Shown here: positions 51,620 to 64,000 of the stretch, piece by piece | Position numbering within the stretch: position 1 is the stretch's first letter | How the letters are laid out: every line of letters starts with the position of its first letter | DNA from: Eledone cirrhosa | Taxonomy: Eukaryota | NCBI GenBank assembly: GCA_964016885.1 | Contig: OZ024750.1 | Coordinates: 23,746,001-23,810,000 of the forward strand | DNA: 64,000 nucleotides | Direction: 5' to 3' | The notes under the pieces: model-generated | Seen by the model: the letters and a program-made list of their open reading frames with translations, nothing else | Told to the model about the DNA's origin: nothing | Database searches by the model: none | Translations under genes and position numbers: made by a program

Positions 51620-52765
51620 ATGTTATGTCCTAAATGCAAAGTATGGGTGCATAAAAGATGTAGTGGGATCACAGGTAAGCTAACTAAGAACATAGATTTT
51701 ACATGTGGCCGGTGCTCTGGTGCAATAAGTAGCAGCAAGTGCCCACAAACTACTAGCTCTTTCAATTGCGCAGAGGGTTCTATAGAAATAGTGGACAGCT
51801 TCCGTTACCTGGGCGATAAAATCAACAGTGGGGGAGGGTGCTCTGAAAGTACTGTAGCTAGAGTCAGAACTGGTTGGAAAAAGTTCAGAGAGCTTATACC
51901 ACTATTAGCTGCTAAAGGGTTCTCACTAAAAATGAAAGGCAGGTTGTACGATGCCTGCATACGAACAGCAATGCTGCATGGCAGTGAGACCTGGGCATTG
52001 TGTGCAGAGGATATACGCAGACTAGAGAGGAACGAAGCTTGCATGCTCCGCTGGATGTGTAACAGTAATATACGTGAACGGCAAAGCATAAACGAACTAA
52101 GGAAAAAATTAGAGATAAGAGGGATCAGATGTTGTTTACTCGAGAGAAGGCTACGTTGGTATGGACACGTGATGCGCATGAAAGTCGATAGCTGTATAAC
52201 AAAGTGCAGGGCAATAAAGATAGACGGTAGTCACGGAATAGGCAGACCTAGAAAAACCTGGGACGAGCTGATAAACTCCGACATCACACACTTACACCTC
52301 TCCAAGACAATGTCACTGGACCGAGACCTTTGGCGGTACTCAGTAACAGAGAAGACCCGCCTTACCTAAATATATAGTAAAACCTACTCCAGCCAGTAGG
52401 CATCTCTAACAAAATACACCCCGTCCCACCACCACCACCCCCACCCGATCCACACCACCCCGTTCTATGTAAAGTTATGTTGGTGCCGCGCCATCGAGGC
52501 CGAAACAAATGAGATCGTGTAGGTGTCACGACAAAAAAACACACAGTCCACGCTGTAATGTGGCCGTGTAGGCAACACGGTAAAAACCTCCCAGACCCAC
52601 ACTGTAAATGTGGTTGGTGTTAGGAAGGGCATCCAACTGTAGAAAACCTGCCAGACAGTCCTATGCGAGCAAGACAATCACTCTTGCCTCAAGTGGGACT
52701 ACCCCCGTCCAAACCCATGCAAGCGTGGAACACGGACGTTAAACGTTGATGATGATGATGATGAT
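51620..52765 (+). mobile_element. RTE-type LINE 3' part with PHD-like Cys/His finger, uninterrupted 250-codon ORF remnant and (GAT)n tail
   Basis: CPKCKVWVHKRCSG...CGRC, FRYLG, MLHGSETW, RRLRWYGHV, GRPRKTW. A related fragment lies at about 16295-16820 (-). Confidence 0.85.
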
Positions 52766-52953
52766 GAATGATATTAAATAAATGGAAATAAAACCATATT
52801 TATTCTATTATGGTTTTATAAATATAGTTTCCATTTATTTAATATCATTGTATATTATACTCCAGAAAAATACTGTTGAGTGCTCTGAATCAGTTATAAA
52901 CATTTATATTTGTTGAATTACCAACAAATTGAATATCCCTTCTGCTTATATAT

Positions 52954-52995
<42 letters not shown>

Positions 52996-54383
52996 GGGGG
53001 AGGGGGGAAGTATATAAAATAAAAATGTACCACTTTACTTCAATGTCCTTATATATATATATACACAGAAACAGATGAGGGGGATATGTCCATCAATATT
53101 TCAACAACTTGGCATAGTTTTGTCTGATCATCATCATCATCATCATCATCTTCCTCTTTGTCTTTTGTCCTCATAGACATTGTCTCTACTATCTCCAACT
53201 CACTTCCTTATACTCTGGTATTTTACTGTGACATTGTGTGTACGTGTGTACGTGCAGCAGGCATGGTCATGTGGTGTGTAATCACAAAGTCCCAGGTTCA
53301 ATCTCACTGTGTAGTATCTTGGACAAGTGTCTTTTACTATAGCTTTGCTCCTCTTTAACCCATTTGTTACTGTATTTCTGTTGAAATACTTTCTATTCTA
53401 ATTAATTAATTATTCGTTACTGTATTTCTGTTGAAATACTTTCTAATTAATTAATTAATTAAGAATTTTGGAAGGATTTACTAAAATTATAATTTAACTC
53501 TTTAGTATTTAAACCAGCCGTATCTAGCCAGAATTCTCTCACCTCTTTCTGTTCAAACTGGCCATAAATGGCTGCTGATACTTATGTTAAGGTATTGTTC
53601 TCAAAATAAATAATATCAAAATCTCGTAGATTTGATATTATGTGAGATAATTATGAGATAAAGTGTTTACCATGAAAATACAATAGTAAATATAGAGTAA
53701 TATAAACGCTAAAGGGTTAAATTGTTATTTGTAACATAACAAAATGTTCTTATATAAAATTGTGTTAGAATGTTTTAATTTAAGTAGGAACCCTTTAAAA
53801 TGGGTGGGGGTTTCATAGAAAGTGAGGCAGTTTTGTGTGAGTTGATATCAAAAGAAGTAAACTCATGTAAGCATAGAAGAGGAGGTATAAAAGGATGTTT
53901 CTAACGAAATAACTCATTATATTTGTCGTAAGGATGGTGGATTGGCAGTATCAGTAGAGGGTCGGACGCCATGCTTTGCAGCACAGAGTTACGGCCCTTT
54001 ACAGTCTGAGTTCAAATCACCCCGGGGTTAACTCTGCCTTTGCTCCTTACGGGGGTCGATAAAATAAAGCACCAGTAATGCACTGTGGTAATTGCTGGCC
54101 TTGTGCCAAAAGTAGAAACATATTTGTCCCTCTGTCTCTCTGCCTCTCCTCTCTCACTACTTCATTGTTCTAAAATTGTATGAATTTCCAATATTTTACT
54201 TTACTGTCCCTCTCTCTATATATATATTTGTCTATCTCTCTCTCAATATGTCTCTCTCTCTCTCTCTCCTAATATTTGTCTATTTCTCTCAAACTCTCTC
54301 TCTTTCAATATTTGTCTATCTCCCTGTGTCTCCAGTTGTTTCTGGCTCCTACTCTTTAATCCTTTATCATGTTTATTCTTCAG

Positions 54384-54484
54384 GAACCCAGTGGATTGAG
54401 GTCAGTCCCCCATCAGCTTCCGCCAAATTAATGCAGGTTGCTGTTGGTAAAGACACTGTATGGGCTCTCAGTAGGGATGGACAG
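54384..54484 (+). CDS. TECPR1: TECPR1 coding exon 6 (GTQWIEVSPPSASAKLMQVAVGKDTVWALSRDGQ)
   Basis: ttcag|ga to cag|gtaaga, 101 nt, phase 1-0, matching both neighbouring exons. Confidence 0.93.
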
Positions 54485-56250
54485 GTAAGAATCTCTTTTA
54501 CCCTCATACAAAGAAGGTTTTAGACATTGTTGTAAGACCTATTGCTATCATTATGTATATTGGCTTAATTAAAATTGTAACATCATTGTTTTACATCTGC
54601 TTGGCATGGGCTGGTAAAATAGTAGTGTTGGTGCCATGAAAAAATACACCTAGTATACTCTGTAAAGTGGTTGGAGTTAAGGACATCCGGCTGTAGAAAC
54701 CCTATGAAATATGGAACATATAAGCAAAATATTCTTTGAGAAATCTAGTTGTGGATCATAACAACTTGTTCGACTGTTGCAGGGAAAATAAAAAAAAAAC
54801 CCTGAACACCCCCATGTAACTAAAAGTGGATTAGGTGAAATGTCTATAAATAATGACTGATGTGTACTGTCAGGTAGAATGTGTGTACGGAGTCTCTCGT
54901 TGGTAGTTCGAAATTACACCATGTGTCACACCATTATAACAACAACCCATGCCATCATTTGAAAACATGTAAAATGATGATCATACTGATGATAATGATG
55001 ATGATGATGTGAAAACATGTAAAATGAGGGTGATGATGATGATGAACTAATTTGCTTCCATCATCTCAGAGTTTTGTGAAAGAAAATAATGATGATTGTA
55101 ATTTACAGGTTTATAAATTAGAAACCATACATGAATGAATAATTTAGTTTAGAATAATTTAGTTAGCTGGTCTATTGAATTGGTTTACAATACCACAATA
55201 AATGGCTTAGGTGGCAGTTCTGGTGTCACAAAAGAAGTACAATCTGTAAAATGTTTGTCATTAGGAAGGGCATGCAGCTATAGAAACCATGCTAAATATG
55301 GAATGTATAGGCAAGATGTGGCTCTCCGATCAATCATGTCTTAGACACTGATGACTTATCCAACCAATGCCATCATGGTAAACAGACATAAAATAACGAT
55401 GATAATGTATGATGTATTGTTTCATTCAATTCGTTCAATAATTATGGAATTTATATAATGAAAGTGGAATAAAAAAATAAAACCCCACAAAACACATGTA
55501 TTATCTTTACTAATGAAGTTATGTATGTCTTTGTTGTAATAGCCATAGTTCGTTAAATGATCCTGTTGTGTCTAGCAATGCTTTACTATAATGTGATCTT
55601 GTTACATATCAACACCTAGCTATAATGTAGGTGTTATATCTAGCAATACCTCACTAAGAGAGTCATGCTTGCACCCTGCGAGATGGTTCTACTGTTGAAC
55701 TGTTGACCTGACAAAAGCACCCAGTCCACTCTATAAGGTGATTGTATTGGTGCTATGACAAAAAGTACACCCAATCCACTCTGTAAAGTAGTATAAAGTG
55801 GTAGTACTTGTGTCACGACAAAATGTACACAGCCTGCCCTGTAAGGTGGTAGTGCTTGTGTCATGACAAAAAGCACACTGTCCACCCTGTAAGGTGGTAG
55901 TGCTTGTGCCACAACAAAATGCACATAGTCCACCCTGTAAGGTGGTAGTGCTGGTGTTATGACAAAAGCTCCAAGCACACACTGTAAGGTGGTTGGCATT
56001 AGGAGGCACATCCAACTATAGAAAACCAAGCCAAAATCAGAGCATATGAGCAAGGCATGGTTGCCTGACCTATCTGGCCTCATAACCTGACAGCCCATCT
56101 AACCTATGCAAGTATGGAAAATAGATGTTAAGCGATGATGATGATGGCAACATGATGCTGAGTCTAGTGGGGTAGATTGTTGTGATTATTAGAATGTCAG
56201 ATGAAGAAAAAAAAAAGAAGCCTATTGTCAGTTAGGACCAAGGAAACTCT

Positions 56251-56615
56251 GTGTCCATTGATAGTTCCATTGCTGATACTGTCAGTAGCAACTTTCGGCA
56301 GAAGGAGACAAGAGTTTTCCATTGATCTTTCTATTGCTGATAATGTCAGAAGGATACAGGATGTGTCCATTGATCTTTCTATTGCTGATAATGTCAGTAG
56401 CAACTTCTGGCAGAAGGATACAGGATGTGTCCATTGATCTTTCTATTGCTGATACTGTCAGTAGCAACTTCTGCCAGAAGGATACAGGATGTGTCCATTG
56501 ATCTTTCTATTGCTGATACTGTCAGTAGCGACTTCTGGCAGAAGGATACAGGATGTGTCCATTGATCTTTCTATTGCTGATGCTGTCAGTGATAACTTCT
56601 GGCAGAAGGATACAA
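56251..56615. repeat. 64-bp minisatellite, about 6 copies, one with a 16-bp deletion
   Basis: ccattgat recurs at 56255, 56319, 56367, 56431, 56495 and 56559. Confidence 0.92.
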
Positions 56616-56782
56616 GATTAAAAATCAGTGTGCACAGAGCTGGATAAGATACCACAAAACATCACATCTGACATTTTAACAATTCCACCAATACACCACC
56701 ATTGGACTGCTACTTTATTTATCAACACAAATGCTTCTCTATATAAATTCTATACTGTTTGATGCTACTGACTATGTTTCAG

Positions 56783-56905
56783 GTATGGTTCCGCAAGGGA
56801 ATCAGGGAAAGTGATGTTGAAAATGACTTATCTGCAGTCACTGGAACAATTTGGGTAGAGATGGTTGGTCTTATGTCTGTAATATCTATTGGGCCTAATG
56901 ATCAG
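56783..56905 (+). CDS. TECPR1: TECPR1 coding exon 7 (VWFRKGIRESDVENDLSAVTGTIWVEMVGLMSVISIGPNDQ)
   Basis: tttcag|gta to cag|gtaagt, 123 nt. Resembles recalled human VWFRRG...GTSWIEMVGEM...GMNDQ. Confidence 0.94.
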
Positions 56906-56934
56906 GTAAGTTAGATATTTCACACTTATTAGTA

Positions 56935-57265
56935 CCTGTGATGTATCACAAATATCAGTAAATAACGGGTGATATCATATCTAGTATTATTACTTGTTAT
57001 ATATCATATATCAGTAAACACCAATAGTTGATATCATACCTAGTATTACTTATAACATATCACATATCAGTAACATATCAATAACTGATATCAGTAAATA
57101 TCAATAGTTGGACATACGTAGTATTACTTATGACATATCACATATCAGTAAATACCAATAGTTGATATCATACATAGTATTACTTATGACATATCACATA
57201 TCAGTAAATACCAATAGTTGATATCATACCTAGTATTACTTATGACATAACATATATTAGTAAAT
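56935..57265. repeat. Minisatellite of about 56 bp filling a short TECPR1 intron
   Basis: atatcacatatcagtaaataccaatagttgatatcatacctagtattact is repeated. Confidence 0.85.
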
Positions 57266-57377
57266 ACACAAAAGCTGTTAAATTCACTTTACATTTATCA
57301 TTTATTTCTTGGTGTCAAAATTACCATCATACTCTTTACAACTTGGTCACTGACATAGTTCCACTGTTTTATTTTAG

Positions 57378-58590
57378 GTGTTTGGGATTGGTTTAAACAG
57401 TGAGGCTGTTTATTTTCGATTTGGAGTGAAACCAGATGAATTGAGTGGCAAAACTTGGCAACCTTTACAAATAAACTTACCTCCAGACAGACATTCCATT
57501 TCTGATACAGATAGTATCAGTGCTGCCTTTCTTGGGCACAGTTCTTCAGTAGACAATAGCTTTGATATCACTGGTTCCACCCCTTGTGTCAATCTTGACG
57601 AAAATTCTGCTGAATGTGCTACATTCTATTCCCATCAAATGATTCGAGAACAACTGTTTGGCAATGACTATAGTTACCCTCCAATGGTTGGAGGATCTTT
57701 ACCGGGTCGTTTTACAAATATAACAGATCAGAGTTCGTCTGAGGCCCTCATGTCCCGCAGTGAAGGTAGCATTTGGTACGAAGGTAACAGCTGCAAAACC
57801 AGTATTTATAACCCATCAGACATTGAAAACCTACACATGAGTACATCGCAAACCACGCCAACCCATCATGCTGCCGGGAATAAGATGTTTCTTCAGAAAG
57901 AAATGGATGAGGAAAGGTCCAAAGAAAAAGAAGTGTGTATATGTAAAATAACTGAACAGCCTGCTGCAGCTGACAGCGACTTTAAAGCCGATGACCACTT
58001 TGATGTCACGTTAAAGATCTGTCCTGTTTGTCACAAAGTAGTTTACAAGAAGTTTTTCCAGTCCAACTTGTTAGACACCCACGTGGACTGTTCTGAGAAG
58101 ACGACAAAACCAACTGAAGATACTTCAGATGTTATTTTAAACTTTGTCACCGACTTACTGGACGAGGAAGAAAGTGGAACAACTGGCGAAAGCTTGAGTG
58201 ATGTCAGTTGTGAAGCTTTAGAATCTTCAGGGTCAAGTAGTTTCTCTATCCCTCCTGTTGATTACGTTACCTGCAACTCAGTCGACCCTCTCATCATTGA
58301 TGAGATGCCACTGTTTATGAGTGAACAACTTCATAAACAAGGAAATGCAGTGAACCGGTCAGTGACAGTAACAGACCAAGCAAAATGTTCAGAGGGTAAA
58401 AATTCAAAATCTAAAAATCAGCCAGACCAATCTCAAGTTCCACAATCAGCAATCATTCCATATCGGCGAACTGATGAAGAACAAGATATATTTTCTGGAG
58501 ACTCAGAAAAATTGACATGGCGTTGGGTGTCTGCAATGTCTTGTCTAATTGACAAACCTTCATCAGTGTGTTGGCTATCTGCATCAAAAC
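57378..58590 (+). CDS. TECPR1: TECPR1 coding exon 8: end of the first propeller plus a long Ser/acidic linker
   Basis: ttttag|gtg to aaac|gtgagt, 1213 nt open frame, phase 0-1. VFGIG...AVYFRFGVKPDELSGKTW resembles TECPR1, and the exon ends in a WxWVS-type conserved block. Confidence 0.93.
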
Positions 58591-59168
58591 GTGAGTTGCT
58601 TTTTTAACTAATTCCTGACATACACACCTACGGTGGTGATTTGACCGAGTTGTTTGAATGTCGGATAGGATGCTTTGCAGTATTGATCCCAGCTTTCAGA
58701 TTTCTGAGTTCAAATCCTACTGCGGTCAATTTTGCCTTTCATCCTTTCAAAATTGATCAAGTACCAGTCTAGTACTGGGGCTGATTCTTCCTCTGGAGGA
58801 AATCGGTAGTGTTCAGATCTGTTATAGTTATCTGAAAGTCTCTCTTAAAATCAAAACAATAAGCAGGGTTGCTTTGAGGTATTTGTTCTGTGTTCAATCC
58901 CTACTGTAGCCTAGTGAGGTGGTAGACTTAACCCAACACCTAGTTTAGCTTTTGGGTGTCTTTAGCAGGCATCTCCTCTCTCACTCCTGCTAGTTTTAAA
59001 GACCCTAAAAAGGATTATAGAAACTGCCCTTCTCTCCTTAATGGGGTAACATGGAGAAGCCTATCATGGGGCCTGCAAGTTTAATCTTTGCTTTAGCAGG
59101 GAAAATGGCCTTACAACAGTTAAGTGTTGTTCTATAGCACATATTTAATGCTGAGTTATCTCTTACAG

Positions 59169-59317
59169 GACATACAACTGGTTCAACAAGTAGCATTATT
59201 GATGATTCTACCATTCTGCTGGCACCAGCCCTTCGCACAACTATTCTCCAACGACTTCAGACACGCAACTACAAAGAAGTGACGTTATTTGCACACATGG
59301 AACATGCTGTAGAGAAG
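59169..59317 (+). CDS. TECPR1: TECPR1 coding exon 9, ATG5-interacting (AIR-like) helix (LRTTILQRLQTRNYKEVTLFAHMEHAVEK)
   Basis: ttacag|ga to aag|gtaggt, 149 nt, phase 1-0. Resembles recalled human WRKQIFQQLTERTKRELENFRHYEQAVEQ. Confidence 0.88.
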
Positions 59318-60029
59318 GTAGGTATTTAGCACTGGTGTTTAACTCTTTAACAACCTGTATCACATGAAACTTTATTAGTAAGACATTCTTGAAAAGTACA
59401 AAACAGCACTATGAATGCACCAAGTTAAAAATTGAAGTGTTTACTTTAGGTTATTAGAAAATTTTACAATGATTTGTCCAGTAGTAAACATACTATAAAC
59501 ATCTGAATTAACAAACCCATTTTTAGATATTTTCTACTAAATGATTACCGGATATTAAGAGTTAATAAGATGTTCACTATGGTAGGGGTCTGATGAATTG
59601 TTCACTGTGGTGGGTGTTTAATGTTAAAATCAAAGGCAGTGTCTTGTATTAGAAATATGGTAATGAAATGATTAAATAGGAACCCTTTAAAATGGGTTCT
59701 TTTGTTTCATAGAACTAGAGGTTTTTTTCTATTGAGTTGGGAACAAAAAGATTAATAAAAGGTTTATACAATGGCGTAGCTACAATGTGTGAAGTCTGGG
59801 GTGATCCCAGAGTTTGTCCTGGTCCCCCACAAAAATACAGCCCATACAGGTTCATAAAACACACCCAAAAGCATTTGCCGTAGAGGGGCTTCCCTCTTCT
59901 ACAACTATGCTACTGGGTATATATATATATCAGTAACACAAAGTTATTTATTTAACTCATTGTGTTCTAAATTTCTTCAGATCTACCAAATATCATTTCC
60001 ATTAAAATTAATAACCCAAATATTTCCAG

Positions 60030-60182
60030 GTCTCTTGGATCAAGAAAGGAAGTCTCTATTGGTTGGAGAATCCTCAAAAGTCTAAATGGATTGAATGTAG
60101 TGTAGAATTTGAACAAGGAATGGACACAGTCTGTGAACCAAGTACATTTACAATCCATTATGTTGTTAAATCTAATCATATG
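60030..60182 (+). CDS. TECPR1: TECPR1 coding exon 10, start of the PH domain (VSWIKKGSLYWLENPQKSKWIECSVEFEQ...TIHYVVKSNHM); gene continues beyond the window
   Basis: ttccag|gtc to atg|gtaagt, 153 nt, phase 0-0. Resembles recalled human SVWVKTGALQWW...KWVDVRLALEQ. Confidence 0.88.
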
Positions 60183-60338
60183 GTAAGTGTCTTTTGCCCT
60201 ATACTCTAACATGATTTGAGGGTTATTTTGATGTTGTTTCTTTCTTGTTATGTAACCTCTTTGAGGCTCCCTTGATTGTAGCTATACACATGTATATGTG
60301 GGCTAGTTTATATATTTCCTTGTGTATGTCTGTTATAC

Positions 60339-60372
<34 letters not shown>

Positions 60373-60449
60373 TCAACTCTGTAGATAAAGCAGAGCACTC
60401 TTTTTTCTTGTATCCAGTCTATGGAAACCTTTGACACTATAAATATATA

Positions 60450-61515
60450 TACATCTTCTTCTTCGCCAGTTGCCCATAAAATCTGTCGAGCGATTCTTTT
60501 GAGACATTCTAATATCGGAGCTGTGATTTCTCAATTCGAAGAAGTAACGGCTCTACCTGGAGCAACTCTCTCATATATACTTCTTCTTCTTTGCCCACTT
60601 ATTCCTGGGTGGGTCGTGGGGGCAAAGTCCTCAAGCACACCTTCCAGTGGGTCCTGTCAGAAACAACCATCTCCAATTGGTCCGAGTAGATCCCCAAACG
60701 TGACCAGCCAAGCCCATGGATGTTAACCAGCCACCTTGCTTGTGGCTTACCCCTGGGTATTCTGCCAATTGGTGTTATCCATAAAATCTGTCCAGTGATT
60801 CTTTCCTGAGACATTCTAACCACATGTCTGTAATATTGGAGCTGTGATTTCTCAATTTGGAGAAGTAGCAGCTCTTCTTGAAGCAACTCTCTGATCTAGC
60901 TAGGCACTCTGTTGGGTAACATTACTCCAAAGACTCTTTGGAGAAACCTCATTTCAGCCACTTGTATTCACTGTCATATTCTTTCGGTCATTACCCAAGA
61001 TTCATGACCATAGGTGATAGTTGGCACAAATACACAATTGAAGATTGCAACTTTGGCTCTTACACCTACATCCCTTCTTCTGATTACCGAATGTTGAAGC
61101 TAGTGCAGTAATGCACCAGCTTCAACAATTATTGCATTTAATTCAGCCTCCTGCCTTCCATCATTCATGAACACAGCCCCAAGATAGTTAAATTTTTCTC
61201 ACCTGCTTCAGTGGAACTCCACTCACATGTAGAGTGCACTGCGCAGGCTTCTTTGAGAAGATGTGTGCTTCAGTCTTCGCAGCACTGATTTTCATCCTTG
61301 CCGTGCAACACTCGGCAACAAACCTATCAAGTGCATGTCAGGGATCACCTTTTGACGAGTTAAGTTATATCATGTCTTTAGCAAATTCCAACCAACTGAT
61401 CCTACACCTACCTGCCTTGATACCACTTCCAACCCAGCAGCGCATGTCAATCCTGTCAGTGAAAATTATGAGCAGAAAAGGTGACAGTATACACCCTTGG
61501 CAGAGTTTGACACGC
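60450..61515 (-). mobile_element. RTE LINE RT and 3' fragments, same family, degraded
   Basis: QGCILSPFLLIIFTD (RT motif B) through GRIPRGKPQARW. A short second copy lies at about 60450-60570. Confidence 0.78.
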
Positions 61516-62048
61516 ACCGTTTATCTAAACACAAATACTAAGGCATTCGTATTGAAACATCAGCGCACGCGCACACACACAGACACACATATGTATATAG
61601 TTGTTTGTGTGTCTGTATTGTAGGACTAAAAGATACCAACAACAAAACATTTGTGTATGTGTATGTGAAAGTCTAGAGAAAATAGAGTCACAGGAAAACA
61701 TGTCCCATTTTGTTTAATGACCACAAATAATAGCCAAGCTAATAAAACAAATGATATTCTAGATTGCTTATTAACTAACAATACACGAGTTACACAGTGA
61801 AAACACAGCATTTATATAATGACATTATTAGACAAATGGGTGGGTGGGGAATATCTTGTTTTGTTCAAAATGGTAAATACAACAATGAAACATAAACAAC
61901 AAAACATTAAATTAGTTTTATTAGATATGTGTTAGGGTTAGCCCACAACAGTGTGTGTGTGTATATTCTTTGTTATGGCTAAGTGGTGCGTTTTGTTTTT
62001 GTTACTCTGGAGTGGCGCTTGTGTATTCACAGGATCATCAAACAAGAC

Positions 62049-62595
62049 TATATATATATATATATGGCATACGTTAAGACGGGCGTTCCGGAAAGTGAAA
62101 GTAAATTTTTTGACAACATTGAATTTTTTTTTTTTTTTTTTTTTACAACAGGTTTCAATAGTGAAAGTTACAATACACACGCAATTGTATGGATTTCTTA
62201 ATATATATATATGTGTGGGTGTGTATAGGTGTGTATATATCTGTGTACACTGTGAATTTGTTTGTTTATTTACAACAGGTCTCTATAGTGATATGGTGTT
62301 AATTAGTATTGCGTGTGTGATTATTTTTTCTTTAGATAGACGTTAAACGATGATGATGACACAAACACATATATATATATATATACAAACACACATATAT
62401 ATACATACAGACACACATATATATACACACATATACACACCAACACATATATATATATTAAGAAATCCATACAATTGCGTGTGTATCGTAACTTTCACTG
62501 TAAAAAAAAAAAAAAAAAAAAAAATTAACATTGTTGTCAAAAAATTTACTTTCACTTTCCGGAACGCCCGTCTTAACATATGCCATATATATATA
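62049..62595. repeat. Long inverted repeat with about 190-bp arms, MITE- or foldback-like
   Basis: About 62049-62240 is the reverse complement of about 62410-62595 (ggcatacgttaagacgggcgttccggaaagtgaaag...). Confidence 0.8.
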
Positions 62596-63040
62596 ATGCT
62601 AGCATGGAAGAACGGACGTAAAACGGTGATGATGATGATGATGATATATAATGTACACACACACATATATATATATATATAATGTACATATATATAATAT
62701 ATATATATATATATATTTCGTTTCTGAATTTGTTTAGCAAGATTCTTTATCTGAAATCGTGTGTTGAAACCGATATTGTTATACTTTGGGAGGGTCATGT
62801 TGCCAATAAGAAACACACGCACCAGTTGCTTTCACTTCAATTTATTATATATTTATAAATTTATAAATTTACAAATCTACAAACTTATAAATTTCTGGTT
62901 GGTTGGTTCCACAACCAGATAGTTGTTTATATATATAGTCATAGTCCTTTCGTCACACACTCTGTGACCTCTTCAGTGACTGGGGATTCCTTTCTTCGTT
63001 TCTGTGCCTTTCCTTTCTTCTATCCTACGCCATTTTGTTT

Positions 63041-63197
63041 CTGTGTGTGTGTTGTGTGCTCAGTTTGCGCATGCGCCACATTCGGGTGTCTGTGTGTGTG
63101 TTGTGTGCTCAGTTTGCGCATGCGCCACATCCGGGTGTCTGTGTGTGTGTTGTGTGCTCAGTTTGCGCATGCGCCACATCCGGGTGTCTGTGTGTGT
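63041..63197. repeat. 49-bp tandem repeat (x3), each unit containing TGCGCATGCGC
   Basis: cagtttgcgcatgcgccacat at 63061, 63110 and 63159. Confidence 0.9.
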
Positions 63198-63438
63198 TTG
63201 TGTTCATTTTTCATTTTTCTATTTTTCTATTTATATTTTTTTATATAATTGTTTCTACTTTTGGCACAAGGCCAGCAAATGCTCCAGTGTATTACTGGTA
63301 CTTTATTTTATCGACTCTGTAAGGATGAAAAGCAAAGCTATAACCTTGGCGGGATTTGAACCCAGAACGTAAAGAGCCATAACTCTATGCTGAAAAGCAT
63401 GGTGTCTGACGCTCTACCGATACTGCCAATTCATTGTC

Positions 63439-63470
<32 letters not shown>

Positions 63471-64000
63471 GATGATATATACTCGTTCCTTCCAACTGTT
63501 ATTCCTCATCTGATACACATGCATACAAGTGTGAAAAGCCGGACATGCTTCACATCAGATCTCACACCATGTTGTTGCCACAACAAAAAAGCACCTTGTA
63601 TGGTGACCTGGTGCCTCAGCAACAAAAGCACCCAGTCCACACTCTAACATGGTTGGCATTAAGAAGGGCATCTTGCTGTCGAAACCAATCCCAAATATAG
63701 ATGTGTATGAGCAAGACGTGGTCACCTGACCTGTCTCATATCAAGACAACTCCTCTAACCCATTCAACCGTGGAAAAATCGATGTTAAACAATGATCATG
63801 ATGATATATATAGTGCCACTTATGTAAGTTTAGCTAGCCTCCAAGATATGTGGTTTCTCAGGTATTTTGATGAGAAGATTGCTTCAGTCCTCTGGCCTCC
63901 TACAAGATTGTATCTCATAGGTGGTTTTGGGGGGTATTTTAATGAAAGGGGTGCTCTAGTCTTATCATGAAAAGACTTCCCCCTCTGGACCAAATGCCAC

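Noticed and set aside
61930-61943. Interstitial telomeric repeat (gttagggttagc)
   Set aside because: Fewer than two full units; expected by chance.

Overview
This is AT-rich, microsatellite-dense animal genomic DNA. The SINE/LINE repertoire and a C2H2 finger remnant suggest a cephalopod, probably an octopus (inference). The main gene is a TECPR1 ortholog on the + strand: ten coding exons with GT-AG boundaries and consistent phases between 33396 and 60182, continuing past the window end. The left third holds a minus-strand coding exon with PSAP/PPSY motifs (LITAF- or BRI3-like), two frame-compatible minus-strand exons near 18-19 kb, weaker plus-strand exon candidates, a decayed C2H2 finger, and two candidate bidirectional promoters (about 6.1-6.8 kb and 22.1 kb). 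A TECPR1 intron carries a young Penelope-like retroelement (RT plus GIY-YIG, uninterrupted ORF). It has a perfect 151-bp inverted pseudo-LTR copy and a hammerhead ribozyme motif with an unusually large branched stem II. Several short pseudo-LTR relics in (TA)n tracts are fold-back palindromes whose turning points fall inside hammerhead motifs. The rest is RTE, CR1, CRE and L1/Tx1 LINE fragments, tRNA-derived SINEs, piggyBac-, hAT- and Helitron-type non-autonomous elements, and minisatellites. All assignments come from reading the sequence and recalled family motifs; no database search or folding program was run.
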